Part shown: one piece after another, positions 49,636-57,907 of the stretch
Layout of the letters: every line of letters starts with the position of its first letter
Numbering within the stretch: position 1 is the first letter of the stretch
Source of the DNA: a virus
Length of the DNA stretch: 64,000 nucleotides
Reading direction: 5' to 3' (one strand)
IMG/VR virus record: IMGVR_UViG_3300035204_002571
Location: 17,921-81,920 of that record
Notes under the pieces: generated by a model
Database searches by the model: none
What the model was told of the DNA's origin: nothing
Seen by the model: the letters and a program-made list of their open reading frames with translations, nothing else
Program-made: the position numbers and the translations under genes

Positions 49636-50246
49636 AAAAAATTATTTGCATTTCTCCAGATTTATTTTTGTCTAAAAGTTTGGCCATTGTAGGCTCCAGC
49701 GGTTCTCTTGGGAGTGGAAAGTATGGAAAAAAGATAGATAGATTTGATGACGTTATAAGGTTTAATAGGGCTCCAACGGAGGGTTTTGAAGAAATGGTTG
49801 GATCCAAAAGAACCTTAACTGTTGCTAATTCACATGTTTTTGCAAACATTCAGCTTAGAAAGAAGTCAGGCTGGAAACAGAAACATGTAAGCTTTATTGA
49901 AGACCTAAGAGAAACAAGAGTTCTTCTTTTTGCTCCGGCCAATATGCGGTGGAAAAACAGGTATAAATATATTCATGCATCAGTAGTTCCCTACTCTGTT
50001 GATTACAAGGCTATGTGCAAGCTTGTACCGGTCCCAAAAAGGCAGCCGACTGCTGGCTTTGGGTTTATAAATCTTTGTGTTAAATCAGGTCTTAAGCCAC
50101 ATCTGTTCGGCTTTGATGTAGAGCCAAGACAGAGAGATCATTATTGGGAAGAAAGAGATAATGATACTTCTTGGCATAGCGTTGGTTATGAGAAAGAAGT
50201 GCTGAAAAAAATGCATAAAAAAGGTATGATCGTATTACATTCTTAG
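49632..50246 (+). CDS. GT29 sialyltransferase-family protein 2 (soluble)
   Basis: Motif L (LAIVGSSG...GKKIDRFDDVIRFNRAPTEGFEEMVGSKRT), S (PTAG...PHLFGFD), III (HYWE) and VS (HSVGYE). Confidence 0.85.
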   Translation: MKKIICISPDLFLSKSLAIVGSSGSLGSGKYGKKIDRFDDVIRFNRAPTEGFEEMVGSKRTLTVANSHVFANIQLRKKSGWKQKHVSFIEDLRETRVLLFAPANMRWKNRYKYIHASVVPYSVDYKAMCKLVPVPKRQPTAGFGFINLCVKSGLKPHLFGFDVEPRQRDHYWEERDNDTSWHSVGYEKEVLKKMHKKGMIVLHS

Positions 50247-50303
50247 GCGTATAGGCATATTGGGATATGCTAATTTTTATTAAAAGGTTATAAGTGCGCC
50301 TAA
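50243..50303 (+). other. Predicted three-stem-junction RNA structure in intergenic region
   Basis: P1 50243-50252/50294-50303, P2 GCATAT/ATATGC 50255-50270, P3 50271-50278/50283-50290 (G-U pairs allowed). Confidence 0.35.
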
Positions 50304-50324
50304 TAGTATGGAGTCGATTATTTT

Positions 50325-51521
50325 ATGTTAATCTTTATAGATATTGATGAAACAATTTGCAATACGCCAGAATCAAGAGATTACTCGCTAGCGCAGCCTA
50401 TTAAAAAGAATATAGAAATAGCCAATAAGCTATATGACGAAGGGAATACCATTGTTTATTGGACAGCAAGAGGCAGCGTGACAGGTATAGACTGGACTGC
50501 TGTTACGCAAGCTCAGCTCAATAATTGGGGAGTAAGACATCATGAGCTAAGGCTTGGAAAGCCTCCTTATGATTTAATGATTTGTGATAAAACCATAAGC
50601 AGCCTAAATATGAAAGGCAATCTAGAGAGAGTTATGAATACACATTCTTCTGTTACGCCGATTCCGCCGGATTTTGATAAAAATGAAAATTTATTTCTAG
50701 AGTCAACAAATACGTATGTTGACTTTCTAATTACAGAAGGCGTTCAGACCGTCATGACTACTGCTGGCACATCTCAGTTTGGGCTGATGTCCTTAGACGA
50801 AATACACAGTTTTAATGCGGTGGTGGCCAAATCTAATGCAAGCAAAAAGATAATAGGTATGCCGCCACTATCTCAAGTGCAGGCCAAAGAGTTTGCCAGA
50901 TTTGCTCAAAAGAAATATTTAAATGAGTCATGTTTTTTGATGGCGCTTTATCCAGATAGATGGTATGACAATGAGACTATTGTTTCTTATTTTTCAGAAA
51001 TTGGTGGAGAGTGTGAGAACCCTCTGTATATTCATTGCATGAAGATGAGGGCAGGAAAAGGAGGGTCTTGGGATTTTACGGGAGACTCTCTTAGGCCATT
51101 AAGTGATAATGGAGTTGTTGTAGGCATTAAGGAGGAGCATTCATCTCTTAAGGATTCATACGACTTTGTATCGTCATTAGACTCAAGTTTAGATGTGATT
51201 GTTGCTGGCGGAAGCATGCGAAGGCATCAGTTTCTTAGATCTGCTGGAGCAAACTCTTTCTTGTCTGGGCTGGGGAATCTTTTTCCAAAAATTGAACAAC
51301 AATACATGGGCGGAGCAAATGTTGATGAAGCTTTATGTCTAGAGACTATGCTTTTTGATGTTTTTATGAAAAATGGATGGCATAAATCATTAAGAGAAGC
51401 CTTGAGGCAACGTGAGTTGACGTGCTTGTTTGACAGAAAGCCTTGGCCTAAGGTGACCGAAGAAGAATCAGATGAAATAAAAAACGTGCTATCTAAAATA
51501 GAAAAGGAGATAAAAGCATGA
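50325..51521 (+). CDS. Fusion: small HAD phosphatase (capsule-locus type) + DHDPS/N-acetylneuraminate lyase-family aldolase
   Basis: N-terminal FIDIDETI, YWTARG, KPPYDLMICDK. C-terminal VTPIPPDFD, TTAGTSQF, VVGIKEE (Schiff-base Lys), GANSFLSGLGNLFP. Confidence 0.75.
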   Translation: MLIFIDIDETICNTPESRDYSLAQPIKKNIEIANKLYDEGNTIVYWTARGSVTGIDWTAVTQAQLNNWGVRHHELRLGKPPYDLMICDKTISSLNMKGNLERVMNTHSSVTPIPPDFDKNENLFLESTNTYVDFLITEGVQTVMTTAGTSQFGLMSLDEIHSFNAVVAKSNASKKIIGMPPLSQVQAKEFARFAQKKYLNESCFLMALYPDRWYDNETIVSYFSEIGGECENPLYIHCMKMRAGKGGSWDFTGDSLRPLSDNGVVVGIKEEHSSLKDSYDFVSSLDSSLDVIVAGGSMRRHQFLRSAGANSFLSGLGNLFPKIEQQYMGGANVDEALCLETMLFDVFMKNGWHKSLREALRQRELTCLFDRKPWPKVTEEESDEIKNVLSKIEKEIKA

Positions 51522-52303
51522 GTGATAAAGTATGGATCCTAGGGCCTTGTAGCCTTGAAAATGAAGATCTTTTTATGGAGACTTTCTCAGAAATTTCTAA
51601 AATAATGCAGGGAAGAGACTGGTATATGAAGGCTAGCTTCGATAAGGCTAACAGAACCAGCCTTCATGGCGGCCGGGGCCCTGGCCTTGAATATTGCATG
51701 GAGGTCTGGAAGCAAATAAAGGCTGACAATCCAGAGGTTAAGTTCTTAACGGATGTGCATGAAACCTGTCAAGTAGAGGGGCTGTCAGAGGTTATTGATT
51801 GTATTCAGATTCCGGCATTTCTATGTCGCCAAACAGATCTCATAGTAGAGTGCGCAAGGCACTTTGACAAGATGAACATCAAGAAGGGACAGTGGCTCGG
51901 ACCAAATAATCTTAATAAGTCAGTAGACAAAGTAAGGGAGATCAACCCAAACTGTGAGGCTTGGATTTGTGATCGAGGAACTAATTTTGGATATCATGAT
52001 TTATTTGTTAACTTTGGAATTGTCGATGAGCTTAAGAAGGCGTTTGATAAAGTGATTCTTGATGCCACCCATTCGATCCAGAGGTCAAGAGCGGTATATG
52101 GTTCACAGGGCGACAGAAGGCTGGCAGAAAGATATCTAGTTGGAGCAGATGTTTTTGGATATGATGGGGTATTTGCGGAAGTTCACCCCAATCCTCCAGA
52201 GGCAGTGTCTGATGCTGATTGTCAGATTTACCTCAGCGATCTAGAGAGGATGGTTAGGATGGCCGACGCTGTTGGTGAGGCGTCTAAAGGTTTGCATGAG
52301 TAG
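51518..52303 (+). CDS. kdsA: 3-deoxy-D-manno-octulosonate 8-phosphate (KDO8P) synthase
   Basis: GPC, KASFDKANRTS..GRGPG, QIPAFLCRQTDL, NIKKGQW, RGTNFGY, DATHSIQ, EVHPNP..AVSDA. AAGGAG RBS. Confidence 0.92.
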   Translation: MSDKVWILGPCSLENEDLFMETFSEISKIMQGRDWYMKASFDKANRTSLHGGRGPGLEYCMEVWKQIKADNPEVKFLTDVHETCQVEGLSEVIDCIQIPAFLCRQTDLIVECARHFDKMNIKKGQWLGPNNLNKSVDKVREINPNCEAWICDRGTNFGYHDLFVNFGIVDELKKAFDKVILDATHSIQRSRAVYGSQGDRRLAERYLVGADVFGYDGVFAEVHPNPPEAVSDADCQIYLSDLERMVRMADAVGEASKGLHE

Positions 52304-52721
52304 AGCTTCTTTGCACTTGCACGTTGGGTTTCATAAAACTGGAACAACATGGCTGCAGCGATTAGTTTTTCCAGAGCTAAAGGGGGTTAATTACATTGGA
52401 AAGCGCTTTAGTGCAAAAGGCGCAAAAAATAATTTTAACCACCTGTATAATGATAGTTACGCCGGGTCTGCTAATAAAGGTAGGGATATTATGGAGCTTA
52501 TTTTTATAGATATTTATAAAGCATGTTTGGGAGGCAAAGGCTTGTTGGCAAAAGAGTATCAGGCAGATCCCGTGCATTTGAGCAAAGAGGTGTCAGAAAA
52601 AGTGTGTGAATTTTTGACAAAAAAGATTAAGCGAAAATTATCAAAAAAGATTACAGAAGAAGATGTTTTAAAAAAATATTTTATTTTTAATAACAAATTT
52701 CAATGTTACCTTAGGAGTTAG
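52296..52721 (+). CDS. Short sulfotransferase-like ORF, apparently truncated or chimeric
   Basis: N-terminal PAPS-binding loop LHVGFHKTGTTWLQ, but only ~141 aa and no 3'-PB motif. C-terminal half resembles an SGNH DxxH end. Confidence 0.5.
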   Translation: MSRASLHLHVGFHKTGTTWLQRLVFPELKGVNYIGKRFSAKGAKNNFNHLYNDSYAGSANKGRDIMELIFIDIYKACLGGKGLLAKEYQADPVHLSKEVSEKVCEFLTKKIKRKLSKKITEEDVLKKYFIFNNKFQCYLRS

Positions 52722-52723
52722 GG

Positions 52724-53413
52724 GTGTTTTTATCGGACACAAAAATGGTAAATGAAGCTCCCGAGCATTATGTCAAGATAGTTAAAAAGGCTTGTTTGGC
52801 AAACAAGATTGTTTTTATACATATTCCAAAAAATGCTGGAACAAGTATAAAAAAAGCTTTAAGGCTTAATAAGTCGCCATGTCATTTGTTTGCAAGTGAA
52901 ATAAAACATGCAATAGGCCCAAAGGAGTTTGGGAAGAACGCAAGAGTTTGCGTTATTAGGAATCCGTGGGACAGACTTGTCTCCATCTATTGCCAGCAGC
53001 GCACTAGAAGGAAAACTCTTTTTTTTAAAGGCATTAAAGGAAGTGGCGGCTTGGTTCCTGGGTTTGAAGATGGGGTTCCGACATTTGAAGATTTTATTTT
53101 AAAATATTTTCCAAAAACCTGGTGGCAAGGTAGGTCTTTATCTCAAACGAAATATATTCAACATAGCAATAAGGATAAGATTATTGTTAATAAGATTTTA
53201 AGGTATGAGAAATTAGATGAAGAATGGGAAAAGCTTTCCAAAGAGCTTTGTTTAAACGTTAGCTCTCTAAATAGAATTAATAAATCAAAAGATAAAAAAA
53301 ATAACTATAGAGAGTTTTACAAAACTAGCAAAAAAGGTTTTAATCATAAATTGATAGACAAAGCATCTGAGTTGGTAGAGATTGATGCGAAGAATTTTGG
53401 GTATAAGTTTTGA
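52724..53413 (+). CDS. Sulfotransferase (Sulfotransfer_2-like)
   Basis: FIHIPKNAGTSI (5'-PSB), IRNPWDRLVSIY (3'-PB), RYEKLDEEW. Confidence 0.88.
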   Translation: MFLSDTKMVNEAPEHYVKIVKKACLANKIVFIHIPKNAGTSIKKALRLNKSPCHLFASEIKHAIGPKEFGKNARVCVIRNPWDRLVSIYCQQRTRRKTLFFKGIKGSGGLVPGFEDGVPTFEDFILKYFPKTWWQGRSLSQTKYIQHSNKDKIIVNKILRYEKLDEEWEKLSKELCLNVSSLNRINKSKDKKNNYREFYKTSKKGFNHKLIDKASELVEIDAKNFGYKF

Positions 53414-54162
53414 TGACAAAAAGATTAGCAATTGTACCGGCCAGAGGTGGATCCAAGAGGTTGCCTGGTAAAAATTTTAAAAGATTAAACGGCAAGCCTT
53501 TAATATATCACACAATAGATAAAGCTATTAAGCATTTTGATCATGTTATATTTACAACAGATGATGACAAAATGATCAAAAAGGCTAAAAGAAAATATTT
53601 TTTCAAAAAGAATATAGAAGTTTTAAAAAGACCAGATCACTTATCTTCTGACACTTCAAAGGTAATTGATACAGTTTGTTATTATTTTGATCAAGAAAAA
53701 TATTTAGAATATGATCAAATATGGCTTCTGCTGCCAACGTGTCCGCTAAGAGGTGATGAGGATATCAGGAGTGCTCAAGAACAACTAACGGGTGAGTACG
53801 ATTCAGTTTTGAGCATAACAGATTACGGATTCCCGCCAACCCTGGGCCTCAACAGGGATGCGAATGGACTTATAACAGATTTTCATGAAAGTAGGCCTTG
53901 GGCTAACAATAATACCAGATCTCAAGATCATCCGGATGTTTTCCGTCCAAATGGAGCGATTTATGGTTCATGGAGAGTCTCGTTCGAGGTTAATCGAAAT
54001 TTTTATTTCGGAAAAGTTCGTGGCAACTATATGCCAAGAGATCGATCTATAGATATAGATACAGAATTAGATTTTATAATTGCAGAGTCTGTTATGAGAA
54101 ATAACGAATACAAAAGAACAAAAAGTATATGGATGTGGATGGGCAGCATAGATGGAAGCTAA
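53413..54162 (+). CDS. Acylneuraminate/ulosonate cytidylyltransferase (NeuA-type CMP synthetase)
   Basis: IVPARGGSKRLPGKN, LLPTCPLR, TRSQD, PNGAIY, SIDIDTELDF. Confidence 0.9.
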   Translation: MTKRLAIVPARGGSKRLPGKNFKRLNGKPLIYHTIDKAIKHFDHVIFTTDDDKMIKKAKRKYFFKKNIEVLKRPDHLSSDTSKVIDTVCYYFDQEKYLEYDQIWLLLPTCPLRGDEDIRSAQEQLTGEYDSVLSITDYGFPPTLGLNRDANGLITDFHESRPWANNNTRSQDHPDVFRPNGAIYGSWRVSFEVNRNFYFGKVRGNYMPRDRSIDIDTELDFIIAESVMRNNEYKRTKSIWMWMGSIDGS

Positions 54163-54862
54163 AGGGACTAAGGTCGGAATAATGCAGCCATATTTTTTTC
54201 CATATATTGGTTATTTCCAACTAATACAAGCTGTCGATTTGTTTATAATATATGATAATATAAAGTATACAAAACGAGGTTGGATAAATAGAAACAGAAT
54301 ACTGCAGAATGGTTCTGATGCATTAATTTCATTGCCAATAAAACGTGATTCGGACTTTCTTGACGTGCGAGATAGAGCAGTAGCGGAGAGTTTTAATAGA
54401 GATAAATTTCTTAATAAAATTATAGGAGCGTATAATCGAGCGCCTTATTTTGAGGAAACATTTTTCTTAATTAAGCAAATTATACAATATGAAAATACAA
54501 ATTTATTTTGTTTTTTGCACAATGCTGTTGCTAAGCTTTGTGAGCATTTAAGTATTATGACAGAGATGAGAAAATCTTCAGATATTAATATTGATCATAA
54601 TTTAAAGAGCCAAGACAAGGTTCTCTCCTTATGTGAAGCTGTCGAGGCAGATGTTTATATAAATGCTATTGGAGGCATAGAGTTATATTCGAAAGAAGTT
54701 TTTTTAGAAAAAAATATAGATTTGAAGTTTATTCAGTCAAATTTAATTGAATATCGGCAGTTTGAACATGATTTTTGTCCTTGGTTATCAATTATTGATG
54801 TGATGATGTTTAATTCAAAAGAAAATATTGATAAATATTTAAATAGGATAAAATTGCTATGA
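54152..54862 (+). CDS. WbqC-family protein
   Basis: IMQPYFFPYIGYFQLI, KRGWINRNRI, YINAIGG, PWLSIIDVMM. Confidence 0.9.
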   Translation: MEAKGTKVGIMQPYFFPYIGYFQLIQAVDLFIIYDNIKYTKRGWINRNRILQNGSDALISLPIKRDSDFLDVRDRAVAESFNRDKFLNKIIGAYNRAPYFEETFFLIKQIIQYENTNLFCFLHNAVAKLCEHLSIMTEMRKSSDINIDHNLKSQDKVLSLCEAVEADVYINAIGGIELYSKEVFLEKNIDLKFIQSNLIEYRQFEHDFCPWLSIIDVMMFNSKENIDKYLNRIKLL

Positions 54863-55821
54863 GATGGAAAAAGTTAGGCAGGATTTTTAATCCGAAAGAT
54901 ATAGTTGATCCCGGAAAAGAATGGATGAGAGAATTCGCGCAATGTACGAGCACATTAGTTTTCAAAGACTTTATACGGATATATTTTTCATGTAGGCCTT
55001 TTGCTGAAAAAGATGGCCAAAGAATTACATATACTGCATTTATTGATGTAGATAGAGATGATTTGTTTAAAATAATAAATGTTGCAAAAGAGCCTATCTT
55101 GCGCCTTGGAGGTTTAGGTGCTTTTGATGAATTTGGAGTATATCCAACTTCGGTTATAAGTGATAAAGAAAATATTTTATTATATTATGCTGGCTGGTCA
55201 AGGTGTAGCTCGGTTCCCTTTGATGTATCTATTGGTTTGGCGAAAAGTGTTGATGGAGTTGTCTTTGAGAGAGTTGGGTCAGGACCTATGTTGTCAAAAA
55301 GTTTTGATGAGCCATTCGTCATTAGTGGGCCCAAGGTAAGAATCTTTGATGGTTTGTGGTATTTGTACTATATTGCTGGAAGCAAATGGTTGATAGATGA
55401 TGGCAGACCAGAAGTTGTTTATAAGATTAGAATGGCAACATCAACAGATGGAGTTAATTGGAACAAAATGAATAATAATATTATTGATAATATTTTAGAG
55501 GAGACAGAGTGTCAGGCTGGCCCAGATGTTTTTTTCTATGAAGGAAAATATCATATGTATTTTTCCTATAGATGTGCATTAAATTTTAGAAAAAATAAAG
55601 ATAGAGCCTATAGGATTGGATATGCGTTTTCAGATGATTTGATTAATTGGACTAGAGATGATAAAAATGTTGGGATAACCTTTTCTGAAGATGGTTGGGA
55701 TAGCAATATGTTACACTATCCACATATATTTGAGCTTGATGGTAAGTTTTATATGCTTTATAATGGAAATGAATTTGGAAGGTGTGGATTTGGAATAGCG
55801 GAGATGGAAAGTTATGATTAA
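54859..55821 (+). CDS. Five-bladed beta-propeller glycosidase-like protein (GH32/43/130-like fold)
   Basis: MRWKKLGRIF, GAFDEFG, repeated S.DG..W (SVDGVVF, STDGVNW, SDDLINW), YMLYNGNEFG. Confidence 0.75.
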   Translation: MRWKKLGRIFNPKDIVDPGKEWMREFAQCTSTLVFKDFIRIYFSCRPFAEKDGQRITYTAFIDVDRDDLFKIINVAKEPILRLGGLGAFDEFGVYPTSVISDKENILLYYAGWSRCSSVPFDVSIGLAKSVDGVVFERVGSGPMLSKSFDEPFVISGPKVRIFDGLWYLYYIAGSKWLIDDGRPEVVYKIRMATSTDGVNWNKMNNNIIDNILEETECQAGPDVFFYEGKYHMYFSYRCALNFRKNKDRAYRIGYAFSDDLINWTRDDKNVGITFSEDGWDSNMLHYPHIFELDGKFYMLYNGNEFGRCGFGIAEMESYD

Positions 55822-56242
55822 ATATTCAACGAATATATCTTCGAAAAAAGATATAAAAAACCATTTTTTAAAGTGTGAGCATAGTTTTGTTCCAGCTTTA
55901 AGTAGTTATGTTGATATAGATAGTTATACAGATAAGATATTCGATAATGCGATAAGGTTTGAGGGGTTTTGTGAAAAAAATTTAGTAGGCTTGGCAGCAG
56001 GATATGTTGGGTCTATTATGTATATAACTAATGTTAGTATAGATCCGGATTATACAAATAATGGCATTGCTAAAACTTTGATGAAACATTGTATAGACTT
56101 CTGCATTGATAGTTCGATAAAGCGTATCGAGTTAGAGGTATATAGGGAAAACAAAAAAGCTATATCTTTTTATAAAAAAATAGGCTTTGAGTTTATCGGC
56201 CCTAAGAAGATGAGGTTTGAAATTAATGAAAAGAGATTATAA
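55814..56242 (+). CDS. GNAT N-acetyltransferase
   Basis: VSIDPDYTNNGIAKTL, LEVYRENKKAISFYKKIGF. Confidence 0.88.
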   Translation: MIKYSTNISSKKDIKNHFLKCEHSFVPALSSYVDIDSYTDKIFDNAIRFEGFCEKNLVGLAAGYVGSIMYITNVSIDPDYTNNGIAKTLMKHCIDFCIDSSIKRIELEVYRENKKAISFYKKIGFEFIGPKKMRFEINEKRL

Positions 56243-56963
56243 TAAAGAAATATTAGATGTTAAAGATCATAAGTATTCTTATGATTTTGATTTTGATATT
56301 ATGCACAGGTATATGCTAGAATCTTTTAAAAATTTTTTCACGAAAGGCAATGTTTTAGAGCTTGGAAGTTCGTTTGGAGACTTTACAGTTAAGCTTTTGC
56401 CATATTTTAAAGATATAACAGGAATAGAGGCTTCTGAAACTGCAGCAAGTAAGTCTAAAGAGCTGTTGGGAGATAAGGCTTTAATTATTAATAATTTATT
56501 TGAAGAGGTCAGCCTAGATAGAAAATATGATAATATTATATTGGCCCATGTTTTGGAGCATATAGACAAACCAGTTGAATTACTTGAAAGAATAAATAAT
56601 GAATGGTTAAGTGATAATGGTAGATTGTTTCTGGTATGTCCAAATGCAAATGCTCCATCCAGACAAATAGCTGTAAAGATGGGGCTAATCAGTCACAACC
56701 AAGCCGTTACAAAAGCTGAGGAGAAGCATGGACATAGATGTACCTATACATTAGATACTTTGGAAAGAGATGCTACGCTAGCTGGTTTGAGTGTAATACA
56801 TAGATCTGGAATATTCTTTAAAGCTTTGGCCAATTTTCAATGGGATAGGCTGCTTAAGACGGATATAATCTCTGAAGAGTATTTAGATGGATGTTATAAA
56901 TTGGGACAAAATTATCCAGATTTATGTTCTAGCATATTTCTTTTGTGTGAAAGTGGAAAATGA
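56226..56963 (+). CDS. Class I SAM-dependent methyltransferase
   Basis: VLELGSSFG, GIEAS, HVLEHIDKP, LVCPNA. Start set at ATG 56226. Confidence 0.88.
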   Translation: MKRDYNKEILDVKDHKYSYDFDFDIMHRYMLESFKNFFTKGNVLELGSSFGDFTVKLLPYFKDITGIEASETAASKSKELLGDKALIINNLFEEVSLDRKYDNIILAHVLEHIDKPVELLERINNEWLSDNGRLFLVCPNANAPSRQIAVKMGLISHNQAVTKAEEKHGHRCTYTLDTLERDATLAGLSVIHRSGIFFKALANFQWDRLLKTDIISEEYLDGCYKLGQNYPDLCSSIFLLCESGK

Positions 56964-57907
56964 CACCTTTAGTTGCGCCACTCTGCCCAGGTTCTGATAT
57001 TTTAGTAAAAGATTTTAATTTAGATTATTTTATATCTAAAATAAATAATAAAGAATATTTTTCATTTTGGAAAATTAATCATGGGCACTGGGAGCAGCTA
57101 TATTCATATTTTGTTATGTTGAATGGACAGCATTATACAAAAAATGAAAATTCTAATAAAAATAATATTGCTCCAAAACAAATATCAGATAGTGATCTTA
57201 TGGGATATTGCAAATGGGCAGTAAAAAGATCACACTCCCCTTTGTTTGGGGCTTCATGGGAAGAGTTGTATAAAGTAATTAGTTTAATTCATAGTGTTTA
57301 TCTTAATGGCCACCCATCCGAAGGTGATGATTATATTTTCGCATTATCAGATGGATCCCATAGAGATTATACATCTATAAATGATAATTTATATTCTAAA
57401 TTCAAAAAATATTATGTACATAATATACATGATGTTATTAGAGCATCTATTTATAATCAGAATGGATTGATATTATGTAAAAATAACCTCGAATATGAAG
57501 AGCATTTGAGATTTGTGCCTGCTCGTGGAAACATTTTTAAAAAAGCCTATAGAGGTGGCATTTTGACAAATCTTTTTGACGCCATACAGGGAATGAGGAT
57601 TCTATATGTGGGGCCTGGGAAAATTGATAATGAAAAGTATCCTCATATAGACGCAATTAAAATTCCTTCTTCAAGAGCAATTATGAAGCGAGATAATACT
57701 CTTTCTGAAATTAAAGCATGGTGCGAGATGAGAGAACATGAATCAATAGACCAAATTATATTTTTTTGTTGCGGATATACGCAGGTATATTTAATACATA
57801 CGTTACACAAGATGTATTCTAATACTTTTTTAATAGATGTAGGGCAATCATTAGATCCTTTGATAAAAAAGAATCACACAACTAAGCCATGGGAGGTGAA
57901 GCGATGA
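56960..57907 (+). CDS. Hypothetical protein, possibly GT-D fold (DUF1792-like) glycosyltransferase
   Basis: FSFWKINHG near the N-terminus and IIFFCCG...FLIDVGQSLDP at the C-terminus loosely resemble the GT-D pattern (S..RFGDGE...IDIG). Divergent. Confidence 0.35.
   Translation: MTPLVAPLCPGSDILVKDFNLDYFISKINNKEYFSFWKINHGHWEQLYSYFVMLNGQHYTKNENSNKNNIAPKQISDSDLMGYCKWAVKRSHSPLFGASWEELYKVISLIHSVYLNGHPSEGDDYIFALSDGSHRDYTSINDNLYSKFKKYYVHNIHDVIRASIYNQNGLILCKNNLEYEEHLRFVPARGNIFKKAYRGGILTNLFDAIQGMRILYVGPGKIDNEKYPHIDAIKIPSSRAIMKRDNTLSEIKAWCEMREHESIDQIIFFCCGYTQVYLIHTLHKMYSNTFLIDVGQSLDPLIKKNHTTKPWEVKR

Noticed and set aside
54100-54151. Possible remnant of a deleted gene's 3' end in the WbqC frame (..TKEQKVYGCGWAA-stop directly before the ATG)
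   Set aside because: Too short to distinguish from chance. It overlaps the tail of the CMP synthetase.
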